A DNA stretch of 64,000 nucleotides, from positions 62,001 through 126,000 of the forward strand of contig NW_003314398.1 in the NCBI RefSeq assembly GCF_000143415.4, read 5' to 3'. Below, piece by piece: positions 1 through 10,999 of this stretch; position 1 is the stretch's first letter; each line of letters starts with the position of its first letter. Below the pieces are notes generated by a model. The model searched no databases. It saw only the letters and a program-made list of their open reading frames with translations, and was not told where the DNA came from. Position numbers and translations under genes: made by a program. This stretch comes from Selaginella moellendorffii (Eukaryota; Plantae; Lycopodiophyta).

Positions 1-975
1 GCTAATTGTAAAGGACTATGCTAGAAAGTTTTTAGAAAAGTTTAAGTATGTTTATAATTTTTTAGCCTAAATATAAAATTTTGTTGAAAAATATATTTAT
101 AATTATTAAATATTTATTTCCAGGTTTTATAATTTTGAATTTTTTAAAATTTTCTCTAATTCTAATTTTAGGTTTTAGATTAGGAATGAAATAAACTAAA
201 TAAAGTTAATTACGTTTATGCACTTTAAACACTAAATAATTAAAATAAACAAAGTTATTATCATCTATAAAGATGTTATGTTATACCTAATCAAGAACAT
301 TCTATATTTATATATTCTTTTGTTAAACTTAACGTATTCACTTAAAAACTGTTGAAGTTTATTTTTTTCAAAAAGATTTTAATTTATTTTAAACTTACTA
401 TTTTAAAATAAAAATAACTTATTTATTTTATAATTAATTAATTTTTCTAAAAATTTAAATGCCAAAGTAAAATAAAATATATAAATATTTTTAAACTTAT
501 ATAAAGTATTTTGTTATTATATAATAATTTAAAATAGAATGAAAAAAGAAAGCATTGTGACACATGTTATATACATTGTATTGACCGTGACTGCACTTGT
601 ATTATATAGGATAAATTACATTTAGACTGAGGTATATTGTACCCAATCAAAAACTAAAAATACTATCAATAAAGGTCTTAAATTACACAATTGATTAGAT
701 TAAATTTAATTAATAACAAATTGGGTAGAATACAAAACTAAAAATTTAAAATTAATTTATATTTATATTGTAAATATCTGGTATTACTATATTACATATA
801 TAAAATAAAAATATTAAATTATTCCTTACAATAAAACCTCATCTTTAAATTAAAAACATTATTTACCTTAGGTCAACAATTTTTTTAATAATCATTTGCC
901 CACACAAAATAAATGTTGAAATTTAATTTAATTTAACCTGGAATTAAATTAAAAATTTATATTTTAATTTTATTT

Positions 976-1150
976 TGTAAGGGCCAAGTGTACGCTACGA
1001 TGCCATATACTAATATTAGCGTAGTGAGATTTTGGTAACCATCAGATTGGTTTCAATATGAACCACTTGCTCATGTATATAAGCTAAGGTTTTTAGGCTA
1101 ATTGATATGCACTTTTTTTGTATTCCCTTTTCATATTCCAAGCATTCACA
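976..1150 (+). repeat. 5' LTR (175 bp)
   Basis: TGTAAG...TTCACA; aligns to 7379-7554 at roughly 85-88% identity by eye. Confidence 0.93.
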
Positions 1151-1151
1151 T

Positions 1152-1167
1152 TGGTGGAGGTGAGGGG
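1152..1167 (+). promoter_or_regulatory. Primer-binding site, probably tRNA-Ala
   Basis: TGGTGGAGGTGAGGGG starts 1 nt after the LTR and is complementary to a ...CCTCCACCA tRNA-Ala-type 3' end. Confidence 0.7.
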
Positions 1168-1380
1168 TACCTTTGATTGTCCCTAAAAAGTGCTTGAATT
1201 TGGGATTTTGGTTTAGATGTAACTTTTGCATCATCTAGATCTAGCTTTTTCCATTTCCTTTTTTTTATTCTTCTTTTTTAGGATTTTAGTTTATATCTAG
1301 CTTTTTGCATTGTTTAGATCTCCCATTTCCTTTTTGCTTTTTGTCGTTTCTCTTCTTTTGCTCTTTCTTCGTCCATCTTC

Positions 1381-2313
1381 ATGGCAGATCAGCAATCTCC
1401 TCCTTTGACTTTGGAGCAACAGTTGGTACAATTACTTAATGCTATATGCTTGCAATTGAACAACCAAACTCAGTTCATGGCAGCATTCACGGCACGTGGT
1501 ACAACTCCTCCTGCTTTTGGTGATAATCCTCACATTCAGCCAGAGTTCTTTCGCAGGAATCTTAGGGATGATGTATACCATTGGTTCGATCACTTCAAGG
1601 TGATTGCCACATATCATTCTTGGGATGATGCTCGACGTTTATGTGAGTTTCCCATGTGTTTCCAAGGGACTGTGTTACAATGGTACAATGGTCTAAGCAT
1701 AGCCACTCATGGGGATTAGAGTGTTCTCCCGGACATCTTCAAATGCGCCTTCAAACATGCCGATGACTGTGATAATGCCTTCTAACAACTGCATCGTCTT
1801 TGTCAAGGGCCATCTGAGTCAGTGATGCAATTTAGCGTTTGTTTCCGAAGTCTTTTGCTTCGTGCGGAGCTAAATATCTCGGAACGGATCAAGCTAGGAA
1901 TGTTGTGGCCAACACTTCGTCAAAATCTTGTTGGACTTGTGCATGCACTTGCTCCCACCACCCTTGACGATGTTCTTTGCTTGGCACAACATTATGAGAT
2001 GTCACCTCTTCCACTTCTCGCTGCCCGTCCTTCAACTCCCCTTCTTATGGGTGATGGTCTTGTTCCAATGGAGGTTGATGCTGTTGCTGCTCGAGTCCAA
2101 GGACAAGGGCAAGGATGTGGTCATGGCCATGATGTTCGCTGTTGGGCATGTGATGAGGTTGGTCATACTTATTAGCGCTGTCGGTGTTTTCCAAATTGGC
2201 GACCTCCATTTCCTGGGTGGAGACCTTGGCGTCAGCAATGTCCTATTAGTGTTGCTGCAGTGGAAGGTTTGGACACTGAGATGCATCCGGGAAACGAGGA
2301 GTCACACGAGTAA
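1381..2313 (+). pseudogene. gag (retrotransposon Gag + CCHC zinc knuckle), interrupted by stops
   Basis: ORFs 1381-1719 and 1822-2175 share a frame that continues to TAA at about 2311-2313. Confidence 0.85.
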
Positions 2314-2987
2314 CGAAGGGACCTTGCGTGAATAAGTTAGTGACCCCTTCATCTTTCTTTCAGGAGTATCATCAAGGGGTTCACTCGGCACCAGTTCATC
2401 CAGTGTTTACTTTCCAAACTCGTTTTATAACAAGAGGTCTCATATTATTCTCTCCGTGTTGGTTGATACAAGTTCGAGTTTATCTTCTATTATTTGACCT
2501 ATTGCCACACGTTGCCGTCTACACTTACGTCGTGCAGTGGAATCAGTTTTCATTCTTTATGGCAACGGCTGTACACATGAATGTGCATGGGATGAGGCGG
2601 ATCTGGTTGTGCGTGTGGGCGATCTCGAGTTTGAGTTGTAGTCATTACAGGTGGTGCCGAGTTAAGCTTTTGACCTTATTCTTGATATGGATTGGTTGCA
2701 GCGCAATCATGCCAAGTGTGATTTTGAGGCTTTTCCCCCTTGTCCCATACTTCCTTATGTTTCATCCATTCCTCTTACTTCCATACCTCTTCGTCTCTTT
2801 ACTTCTATCTCTGCTTCCATTACTTTTGTTCCCCCACTATTTCCTCCTATATTTCCATTTTGTTTTGCTCTTTCCTTTTCCGATCCCTCCGACAGTTTTT
2901 GTTTTGCAGCGGTTGATCGGCTAATGAAAGAGTATTCTGATATCTTTGAATTTGACCTATCGTCTGGGGCCAAGATTGCCACATGTC

Positions 2988-4771
2988 TGTGAGACACAAA
3001 ATCCCTAGACCCCAAAGTGGAGCCGGAAGGGTGCCACGTGGTAGTGGCCGAAGTGAAAGCCAAACGAGCGTAACACGTTTGGACTAAAAGCTCCGACTTA
3101 AAAGGTCGAGAACGGGAGTGGAACTCCCAACAAAGTGCTCAAGGAGCGAGCACGAAGCGAGCAATAAGCAAGGCTCCAAAAAGGGACCCAAAAAGGACCA
3201 ACACATGACACGTGGAAGTGTCCAAGATGGAGTCCGAGATGGACCCGAAGTGGAGTCCGAGATGGAGTCCGAGATGGACCCAAAGTGGAGTCCGATATGG
3301 AGTCCAAGATGGAGTCCGAGATGGAGTCCGATATGGAGTCCGAGATGGAGTCTGAGATGGAGTCCGATATGGAGTCCGATATGGAGTCCGAGATGGAGTC
3401 CGATATGGAGTCCGAGATGGAGTCCAAGATGGACCGAGATGGAGTCTGAGATGGACCTGAGATGGAGTCCGAGATGGACCCGAGATGGAGTCCGAGATGG
3501 ACCCGAGATGGAGTCCGAGATGGACCCGAGATGGAGTCCGAGATGAAGTCCGAGATGGAGTCCAAGATGGACCCGAGATGGAGTCCGAGATGGACCCGAG
3601 ATGGAGTCCGAGATGGAGTCCGAGATGGACCCAAGATGGAGTCCGAAGTCGAGACCGAGACCGGGACCAAGACCGGGACCGAGACCGAGACCGAGATCGG
3701 GACTGAGACCAAGACCGAGGCTGAGGCCGAGACCGAGCCCGAGCCCGAGTCCGAGTCCGAGTCCAAGTCCGAGTCCAAGTCCGAGTCCGAGTCCGAGTTC
3801 GAGTCTAAGAGGGTGAAAGCCCAAAGCGTTCGTCTCCCAGACCCTGGGGGGTTTGGTGAGCTCCAAAAGTATAGTAGGGGGAGGACGGCAATGGAGCCAG
3901 TTTGGCCAAGAAAGGCCAGTTTGGCCCAGGAAGGCCGGACCCAGTGTTGGGTGATGAGCTGCCCATTGGGAAGTCCAAGACTAGAGTGAACACGGACCGA
4001 CAAGCGGGGTAGCTTGGTGAAGTGTTCAAGAGCCGGCTCTAGTTCCCCCGGGAGATCGACTGGCCGATGCTCCCAGTCCAAGTGTGGGTGGCACTACCTA
4101 CTTGGATACCTGTCGTGGCTCAATGGAACCTCGCTCTAAGCCCATGGCTAGAGCACCTAAAGGCGGAAGGCGGGGAGAGTACCCAGGTGGCTCGCGTAAG
4201 GCTACGGTGTTTCGAAATGTTGTCCCAAAGGCCCAGACTGTGGAAAAGAAGAGGAGCAGTCCTCTGGGGTAGTGACCAAAGACACAGTCGTGTGGTGAGG
4301 AAGTCCCAGAGGACTGTGGGACTTAGTGGTCGGGCCTGTGGGCCTCGATCCAGTGGCAATGTCGGCAAACACGGCCAGGGGCAGAAAGGGACTTAGTGGG
4401 GACTGATAGAGGGATATTGGGGAAGGCTATTCCCCTTGTCGGTGGGCATCCTAAGGATGCTAAGGAGTGGATCTGAGATGACCACTCACGGATGGTTTAC
4501 CTAGTCTTGGAGAGCCAAGACTGTGATGCAAGTGGTATTGGACTACCAGTGTGGCAAAGGTGATTGGGTATGGCCTTAGCGTAACAGGCTGCCATGTCGG
4601 TGGTACCTTTGAGTGTCGGTCGTGGGATCGGACACGTGGAGCACTTGGACCAAGTGCAAATGTTGAGTGGCATGGATGCCATTCTCGGGGCTAGTAAGTC
4701 CCAAGTCCTGAATTGGACTTATGGAGGTTGTGATTGAAACTCCTTCAAGTGGTCGGAGGTGTGGTTAAGTG
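2988..4771 (+). mobile_element. Nested, 3'-truncated LTR-like element inserted into gypsy pol
   Basis: Starts TGTGAGACA and is colinear with the reverse complement of 47447-48865. It interrupts pol between protease and RT; PWA resumes at about 4773. Confidence 0.85.
3224..3806. repeat. Tandem arrays: 11-12-mer GAGATGGA(GT/C)CC followed by hexamer CCGAGA/CCGAGT
   Basis: Directly visible; it produces the low-complexity spurious ORFs (MESE, WSPR, DSDS). Confidence 0.95.
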
Positions 4772-7260
4772 TCCTTGGGCATGTGAACCTCATCTTGTGA
4801 CGAAGCCTGATTGGAGTATTCATTTTTGCATTGACTATTGTCCGTTAAATAAAATGACGATCCCAGATGTGTACCCTCTTCCTCACACTACTGATCTTTT
4901 GGATCGTTTGGGGTAAAATTGTTGGTTCACCAAGCTAGATCTTGCTTCTGGGTATTGATAAGTACCGATGGCTGAAGAAGATATTCGTAAGATTGCTTTT
5001 CATACACCGTTTGGTTTGTATGAGTTTTTGGTGATACCGTTTGGTTTGAACAATGCTCCAACAACTTTTCAGCGGATGATAGACATGGTTCTTTGCGATA
5101 TTCCAGAGGTGACTGCTGATTTCATTAATGATGTCTTGATCCACTCGGAGGGGACGTGGGAGAAGCACGTGTGTGATGTTTGTAAAGTGTTGGATCAGCT
5201 ACGCGACATTGGTTTAAAGTTGAAGTGGTCGAAGTGCGTGTTTGGGTCCAATGACACAATTTATCTTGGGTACCGTATTTCTCGTGAGGGTTTGCAATTT
5301 GATCTTGACAAACTTGTGGCTATTCTAAAGTTCCCTACTCCGAAGTGTGTGAGTGATGTGCAGCGCTTCTTGGGCAAAGTACAATATCTCAGTCATTTTG
5401 TGGATCATATTTCTGATCGCACTGCACTATTGCAAGTGTTGCTGAAGTCATCAACATCATCTTTCATCTAGTCTCTAGATTGTGAGCAGGCGTTCGTGGA
5501 TCTCAAAGAGCTATTGACAACTCCTCCAGTTTTGGCATATCCTGACTACACTTGACCTTTTATTTTGCGCGTGGATGCTTTTGACATTGGTCTTAGAGGT
5601 GTGTTGATGCAAGAGAGCTCGAGTGTGCCTGATCAGTGCCATCCTATTGCGTATATAAGCCATACATTACAAATAGCAGAGATGAACTACTCCACGACAG
5701 AGAAAAAGTGTTTAGCATTAGTCTGGGGTTTTGAGAAATTTCATGCATATCTATATGGTTCTTGGATGTTACTTGAAGGTGATAATGCTGCTGTTACTTC
5801 ATTATTGAAACAGAAGAACCTGGTTGGTCGTACTGTTCGATGGGCTTTGAAACTTCAGATATATGATTTTGATATTGTTCATCGCCCAGGGAGTTCTATG
5901 GCTGATGCTAATGCCCTTTCTCGAGCTCCTCTTCCTTCTCCACTCTCTTTTCATGTTTCTGACGAGTTTGTTATTCTAGCCTTTGTGGATTTTCTAGACG
6001 AGGATTCTGTGTTGTTAGCGGTTGTTGTACTTAACGTTCAGTGTCCACAAGGCACAGAGCAAGATTTACCTTCTCTTGATGAGGTTCACGAGGCTCAAAA
6101 GATTGAGCCGTAGATTCAAAGGCTTCGAGATGGGTTTAAGAATCTTGCATCACTTGCTGATGATTTGCCTTTCCGGCATTTACATTCTCAATATCGCCTT
6201 GAAGATGACCTTTATTTTGTGGGGACGAATCCTAATGATCATTTACGGCTAGTGGTGCCCTTTATCTTTATTCCACAGTTTCTTGATGCCTATCATGATT
6301 CTCCTATTCTAAGTGGGCATATGGGACATCGTTGTGTAACCGAGAAGCTGCACAGGTCTTTCTATTGGCCAGAGATGCGATGTGATTATTATCTGGTATG
6401 TGCATAGCTGTGTTTGGTGCCAAGCTCGTAATACTCCCCCTCAGGCTACAGAAGGACGGTTGGAGTTAATTGCAGTTTCCCGTCTGTTTGAGTTGGTGGC
6501 GTTTGATTTTATGGGACCTTTTCCATGGTTGATTGCTAGCAATGAGTATGTTATTATTGTTTCTGACTACTTGACTCGTTGGGTGAAAGTTGGTGCTAGT
6601 GGATTCTTTCAGATAATAGTCCCGCATTTATGGCTGAGGCATTTCATGTTTTGACGTCTCAATTGGGGATACGCTACACTTTCACAAGTGCTTATCATCC
6701 ACAATCAGACGGTCTGGTGGAACAGCTCATTTGGACATTCAAAAGGATGATTGCGAAGTATATGAACTTTCAGCATTCGGATTGGGATTGTTATTTGCCA
6801 TCTCTTCAGTTTGCATATGTCACAGGGGTGCAGAGTTCTGTTGGTACTTCACTATATAAACTCCTATATGGTCATGATTCAATATTACCAACGGAGCTTT
6901 CGTGATTGCCACAAGTTGCCAATGCTAGGTCGTGGGATCAGTATTTGACAAGCATTCTTCCACTTGTTCAAGCAGAGTCTACCAAACACTTAGGCCAAGT
7001 ACAAGTGGGATAACAATAGCGTTACAACTCCCATCATAGTCCACCTGTGGAGTACAAAGTGGATGATTTAGTATTAGTCCATTTTCCCCATCTTATGGTA
7101 CGTGGTTTATCTAAGGGGCTCCTTGTGCAATGGAAAGGACCGTATTGCATGTTGCGGCAAGTTGGACCACAAGTTTATGAAGTTCGGTATGATGTCCAGT
7201 AGGTTGATCCTCTAAAGATTGTGCATATGCAGCGGTTAAAACGCTTCATACAAAGGGATC
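4772..7260 (+). pseudogene. pol remainder: RT, RNase H, integrase with GPY/F motif
   Basis: ORFs 4734-4916, 4968-5471, 5565-6113, 6165-6905. The YxDD motif has decayed to FIND. Confidence 0.92.
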
Positions 7261-7378
7261 ATGAGCAGTTAATACCATCTACAGATTCGCTGATGCCTCC
7301 TCTTAATGTTCGTCTAGATCCCAGCCCGTCTACGAGAGAACCCTGATGATCTTCCATTATTCCGAAAGGAGGGGATGA

Positions 7379-7554
7379 TGTGAAGGCTAAGTGTACGGCT
7401 ACGATGCTATATACTAATATTAGTGTAATGGGATTTTGGTAGCCGTCAGATTGGTTTCAATCTAGACCACTGACTCCTGTATATAAGCTAAGGTTTTTGG
7501 GTTAATTGATATGCATATTTTCTGTATTCCCTTTCTATATTCCAAGCACTCACA
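7379..7554 (+). repeat. 3' LTR preceded by polypurine tract
   Basis: AAAGGAGGGGATGA followed by TGTGAAGG...CTCACA. Confidence 0.93.
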
Positions 7555-8120
7555 ATTTATTTTTTAGAAAATGGAAACTTAAAACTAAAGTTTTTAATTA
7601 AAAAAGTCTATTTTGAATCACCAAAGTTTACAATGAAACCCTAATTGAAGGAGAGAGGAAAATTGAAATCCTTAAATGTTAACTCCAAGGGTATTACAAA
7701 TTATGTGCCTTATCAAGATCACTTTAGTGATTTCACTAGAGGAGCTGGATTACCTTGATATTCACTTCTTCAAAAGCCTTTGCTTTGGAGACCTGCCTTG
7801 ACTCGTCCACCAGAAACCCTTCAACGCTTACCAATAAGAAAGACTATCAAAATTATCCAGAAAGAAAACAAAAGAGAAAAAAAATTAACCTCTTTCGAAA
7901 CGAAAAGGGAATGGTTCAAGCCCACCGAGGAGATGGGAATCACTGTCGCTAAGACTCTCGGATCTCTCACAGCATTCTGGATCGAGCGAACAGAAGAAAA
8001 GAGTAGAGGGCCGGCCACAGCATCCAGACTCACTTGATCATTTAAAAACCAGGCAAAAAGCCCGCCCAGAAGCCCAATGAATGAGATGGAAAAACCTATC
8101 TTTCCAGAAAGCTCTTTCAC

Positions 8121-9959
8121 TCACAATCCCACCTTTGATGGCCTGGACAATCGACAATACGCGTTCGCGACGAGAGCCAATGCTGCTCCATGGTCCGCGG
8201 GGAAAAATCTTTGTGCTTGCAAGTCCGTGATCTCACGCCGGTTCTTACACGCAGCGAGCAAGCACAGCCACTCCACCGAGCTTGGAACGAATGGCATGGC
8301 ATGGAGGAGATCTTGGGCCTGGCGCAAATGCCCGGCTCGTGCGAGCACATCGGCCAGGCAGCAGTAATGCTGCTTTGTAGCCTCAATCCCATAGTCAGCG
8401 ATGGAGGACGCGAAGAACCGCATGGCCGATTGGAGCTCTCCCAGGCGACTACACGCGATGAGCGCGAGCGTGAAGCACACTTGATCAGGGTGGTCCACAA
8501 GCTTGAGCTCGCCAAACGTGTCGAAGATCTCGATGGACTGGCAAGAGTTTTGGGTGTGAGCAGCGAGCAGGGAGCTCCAAGACACGACATTTCTCTCGGG
8601 CATGGTGGCGAACACTCGCTTGGCAGCGGCGATATGCCCGATCCGGGCATACGCCCCCAGCAACGTGTTCCAAGAGACAAGATCTTTCTCGGGCATCTCC
8701 ACGAATATTGCTAGAGCCTCGCCGAGTTTTCCTCCAGAATCGACATTGCCATATGCACCCAGCATTGCATTCCACGCAACAAGGTCTCTCTCCGGCATCA
8801 CATCGAACAGGAGCTTGGATTGCTCTAGGTCGCGGCAATTCTCGGCGTGGGCAACTAGTATCGCTGTCCAGGCGATGAGATCCCGCTGCGGCATTGAGTC
8901 AAACACCGCCCTCGCGCTGGAGATATCGCCACTTCGAGCATACGCCGCCGCCATCGAGCTCCAGCAGATCAAATCCCTCTCGGGCATAGAATCAAACACA
9001 AGCTTTGCTTCTTCCACCTCTCCCCTTTCCGCATGAGCAACTAGAAGAGAGTTCCAAGCAATAACGCTCAACACCGGCAAAGAATCAAACAACTTTCGAG
9101 CGTCGTCAAGATGCCCCAAACGGGCATATGCTGTCAACATTGTGGTTACTGATACAAGGTTGATCTCTGGCATCTTTTTGAAAAGAAGTTCAGCCTCCAC
9201 GAGCTTCGAATCTTGCAGAAAAGCATCTAACATCAGCGTCCAAGTTACAATGTTTCTTTCGGGCATCTTGGCAAACACTTGTGTAGCCTCGTACATATGC
9301 CCAGATTGGGCATATGCTGAAAGCATGGCATTCCACGCCACAAGATCCCTCTCTGGCATCATATGAAAAACTAGTGTTGCGGTTTCCGGCCTATGCGATA
9401 GGCAATCCAGCATCGCCGTCCAGGACACAACGTTGCGTTCCGGCATGGCATCGAAAAGCCCTCTTGTTTCTTGCAAATCTCTAGTTTGGGCAAATGCTGC
9501 CAGGATGGCGTTCCAGGAAACAAGATCCCACTGTGGCATCTGATCAAACAGGGCCTTGGCTTCTTCCGTTCGCCCCTTGCTGCCATACGCAACGATCAGC
9601 GCTGTCCAGAGGATGATGTTCTTCTGGCCTGGCATTTGATCCAGGAGCTCTCTCGCGTCTTCCACCTCGCCGTTGCCCGTGCACGCCAGGAACATAGATG
9701 TCCAGGAGAAATCGTTCCTGCGGTCGCGCATCTCGTCGAAGATCGCCCTCGCGTGCTTCACGCTGCCGCAATTGCCATACATCTCGATGAGCCGGTTCGA
9801 GAGGAAGACATCGCCGGCGGGCACTCTCATGGAGGAATGGATCTTGATCGCCTGGGACAAGGCAGAGGTGCCCCGCATTTGCGCAAGACAGCGCTCTCGT
9901 TCCATCCATTCTTCTTTCTTTCTTGCCAAGGAAGAGCAAGTCCTCTTAGGGTTTGTCAA
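8121..9959 (-). CDS. PLS-class pentatricopeptide repeat protein with C-terminal E1/partial E2, no DYW
   Basis: Intronless 612 aa ORF with many 31-aa MPERxxVxWxxML repeats and an E-domain region (HYCCLADVLARAGHL...AMPFVP...WLCLLAAC). Confidence 0.93.
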   Translation of the reverse strand: MTNPKRTCSSLARKKEEWMERERCLAQMRGTSALSQAIKIHSSMRVPAGDVFLSNRLIEMYGNCGSVKHARAIFDEMRDRRNDFSWTSMFLACTGNGEVEDARELLDQMPGQKNIILWTALIVAYGSKGRTEEAKALFDQMPQWDLVSWNAILAAFAQTRDLQETRGLFDAMPERNVVSWTAMLDCLSHRPETATLVFHMMPERDLVAWNAMLSAYAQSGHMYEATQVFAKMPERNIVTWTLMLDAFLQDSKLVEAELLFKKMPEINLVSVTTMLTAYARLGHLDDARKLFDSLPVLSVIAWNSLLVAHAERGEVEEAKLVFDSMPERDLICWSSMAAAYARSGDISSARAVFDSMPQRDLIAWTAILVAHAENCRDLEQSKLLFDVMPERDLVAWNAMLGAYGNVDSGGKLGEALAIFVEMPEKDLVSWNTLLGAYARIGHIAAAKRVFATMPERNVVSWSSLLAAHTQNSCQSIEIFDTFGELKLVDHPDQVCFTLALIACSRLGELQSAMRFFASSIADYGIEATKQHYCCLADVLARAGHLRQAQDLLHAMPFVPSSVEWLCLLAACKNRREITDLQAQRFFPADHGAALALVANAYCRLSRPSKVGL

Positions 9960-10999
9960 GTCCTTCGTTCTTTAAGATCGAGGCGGCAGGGGATATCACA
10001 GCCACAGCACTTCGGGCTTTGAGGCGTGCCCAAATGATAAAATCATAATCTTTTGATATTTAAATTACAACTTACTACATTATATGTCTTGGCTATACAG
10101 TAATAAGAAGTTAATATTTATATTTTGTTATAACAAAAAACCTGATTAATGATAAAAAGCTCAGCTGATTTACGACGCTTTGTTTTTTGACCAAATTCGT
10201 TCCGGATATACTCACAAAAAATAAGTGTTGTTGAATGTTATATTCTCAAAAAGGCATTGAGAACTTTAGGGCTCCTCGAGATCAAGCTTTGACCTCAACA
10301 AGTACATGAACATTTACACAGAGGCTAAGAACTGAGGCCGCTATCTTTTTGCGCTGGCCATGAGGCGGGTGTATCATCTTGGTTACTTCCAAGGTAACAA
10401 ATGTGATCTATTTCTATTTTACACTTCAGCAAAGCTTTGTATTGGGCAAAGAATCAAACAACTTCAAGATGCCCAAAACGGGCATACATTGTCAACATTT
10501 TGAGCACTTCTAAAACTTAATGGCCGTGCAGGAATGAGCTTTCTTTCATCCTAATTTGAGATTCGTGACCAGGCCATCTTTCTTGGGTCTGGTTGTCTGC
10601 CGCGGAGGAAGTCATTCATCGTGAGCTATGATTTGTCTGTTCTCATTCTCCATCTTGTCTTGTTTCTTTCCCCTTTTTTATCTGGTTTTCCTTTTGCAGG
10701 TGAGCTCTTCCTACGTTTGATTACCTGCTAAATAAAAAAAGAGCCACCGAAACCCAAAACCCGAGAAGAATCTTTATATTTAATTCTTTCACGACTTATC
10801 CAACTCAAGAACTCAAAAAGATGAAACCTCACTGTTACAAAACCGTAGACTACGGGATAGATTTTGCTACTCGCACGCTTTTTCTCCCTAGTCTTGCTCT
10901 CCGAAAGTTATGTTATGGATTAACAACTTATTTGCCAATATTACCAGGGTTTTGGTTAGGGCTTAAACATCACGATTGTGCTAGGGCAGGAGCTTCGCG

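Larger units (their letters stand above)
976..7554 (+). mobile_element. Degenerate Ty3/gypsy LTR retrotransposon (gag-PR-RT-RH-INT), no chromodomain seen
   Basis: Paired TG...CA LTRs at 976-1150 and 7379-7554, PBS at 1152, PPT just before 7379, ATTT on both flanks. Gag with CWACDEVGH knuckle, LVDTS protease, RT (FHTPFGLYEFLVIPFGLNNAPTTFQR), RNase H (NYSTTEKKCLALVWG), integrase (SAYHPQSDGLVE, WKGPY). Many stops and frameshifts. Confidence 0.95.

Noticed and set aside
1-975. Extremely AT-rich segment as organellar insert or MITE
   Set aside because: No recognisable gene, terminal inverted repeat or TSD could be supported by eye.
3084-4081. Long ORFs with MESE/WSPR/DSIS/LGLH repeats, or a CRISPR-like array
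   Set aside because: They are by-products of a stop-free minisatellite. There are no unique spacers or cas genes, and the context is eukaryotic.
7821-8120. 99-aa hydrophobic ORF downstream of the PPR gene
   Set aside because: Non-ATG start and no family motif; more likely 3' UTR or intron sequence.
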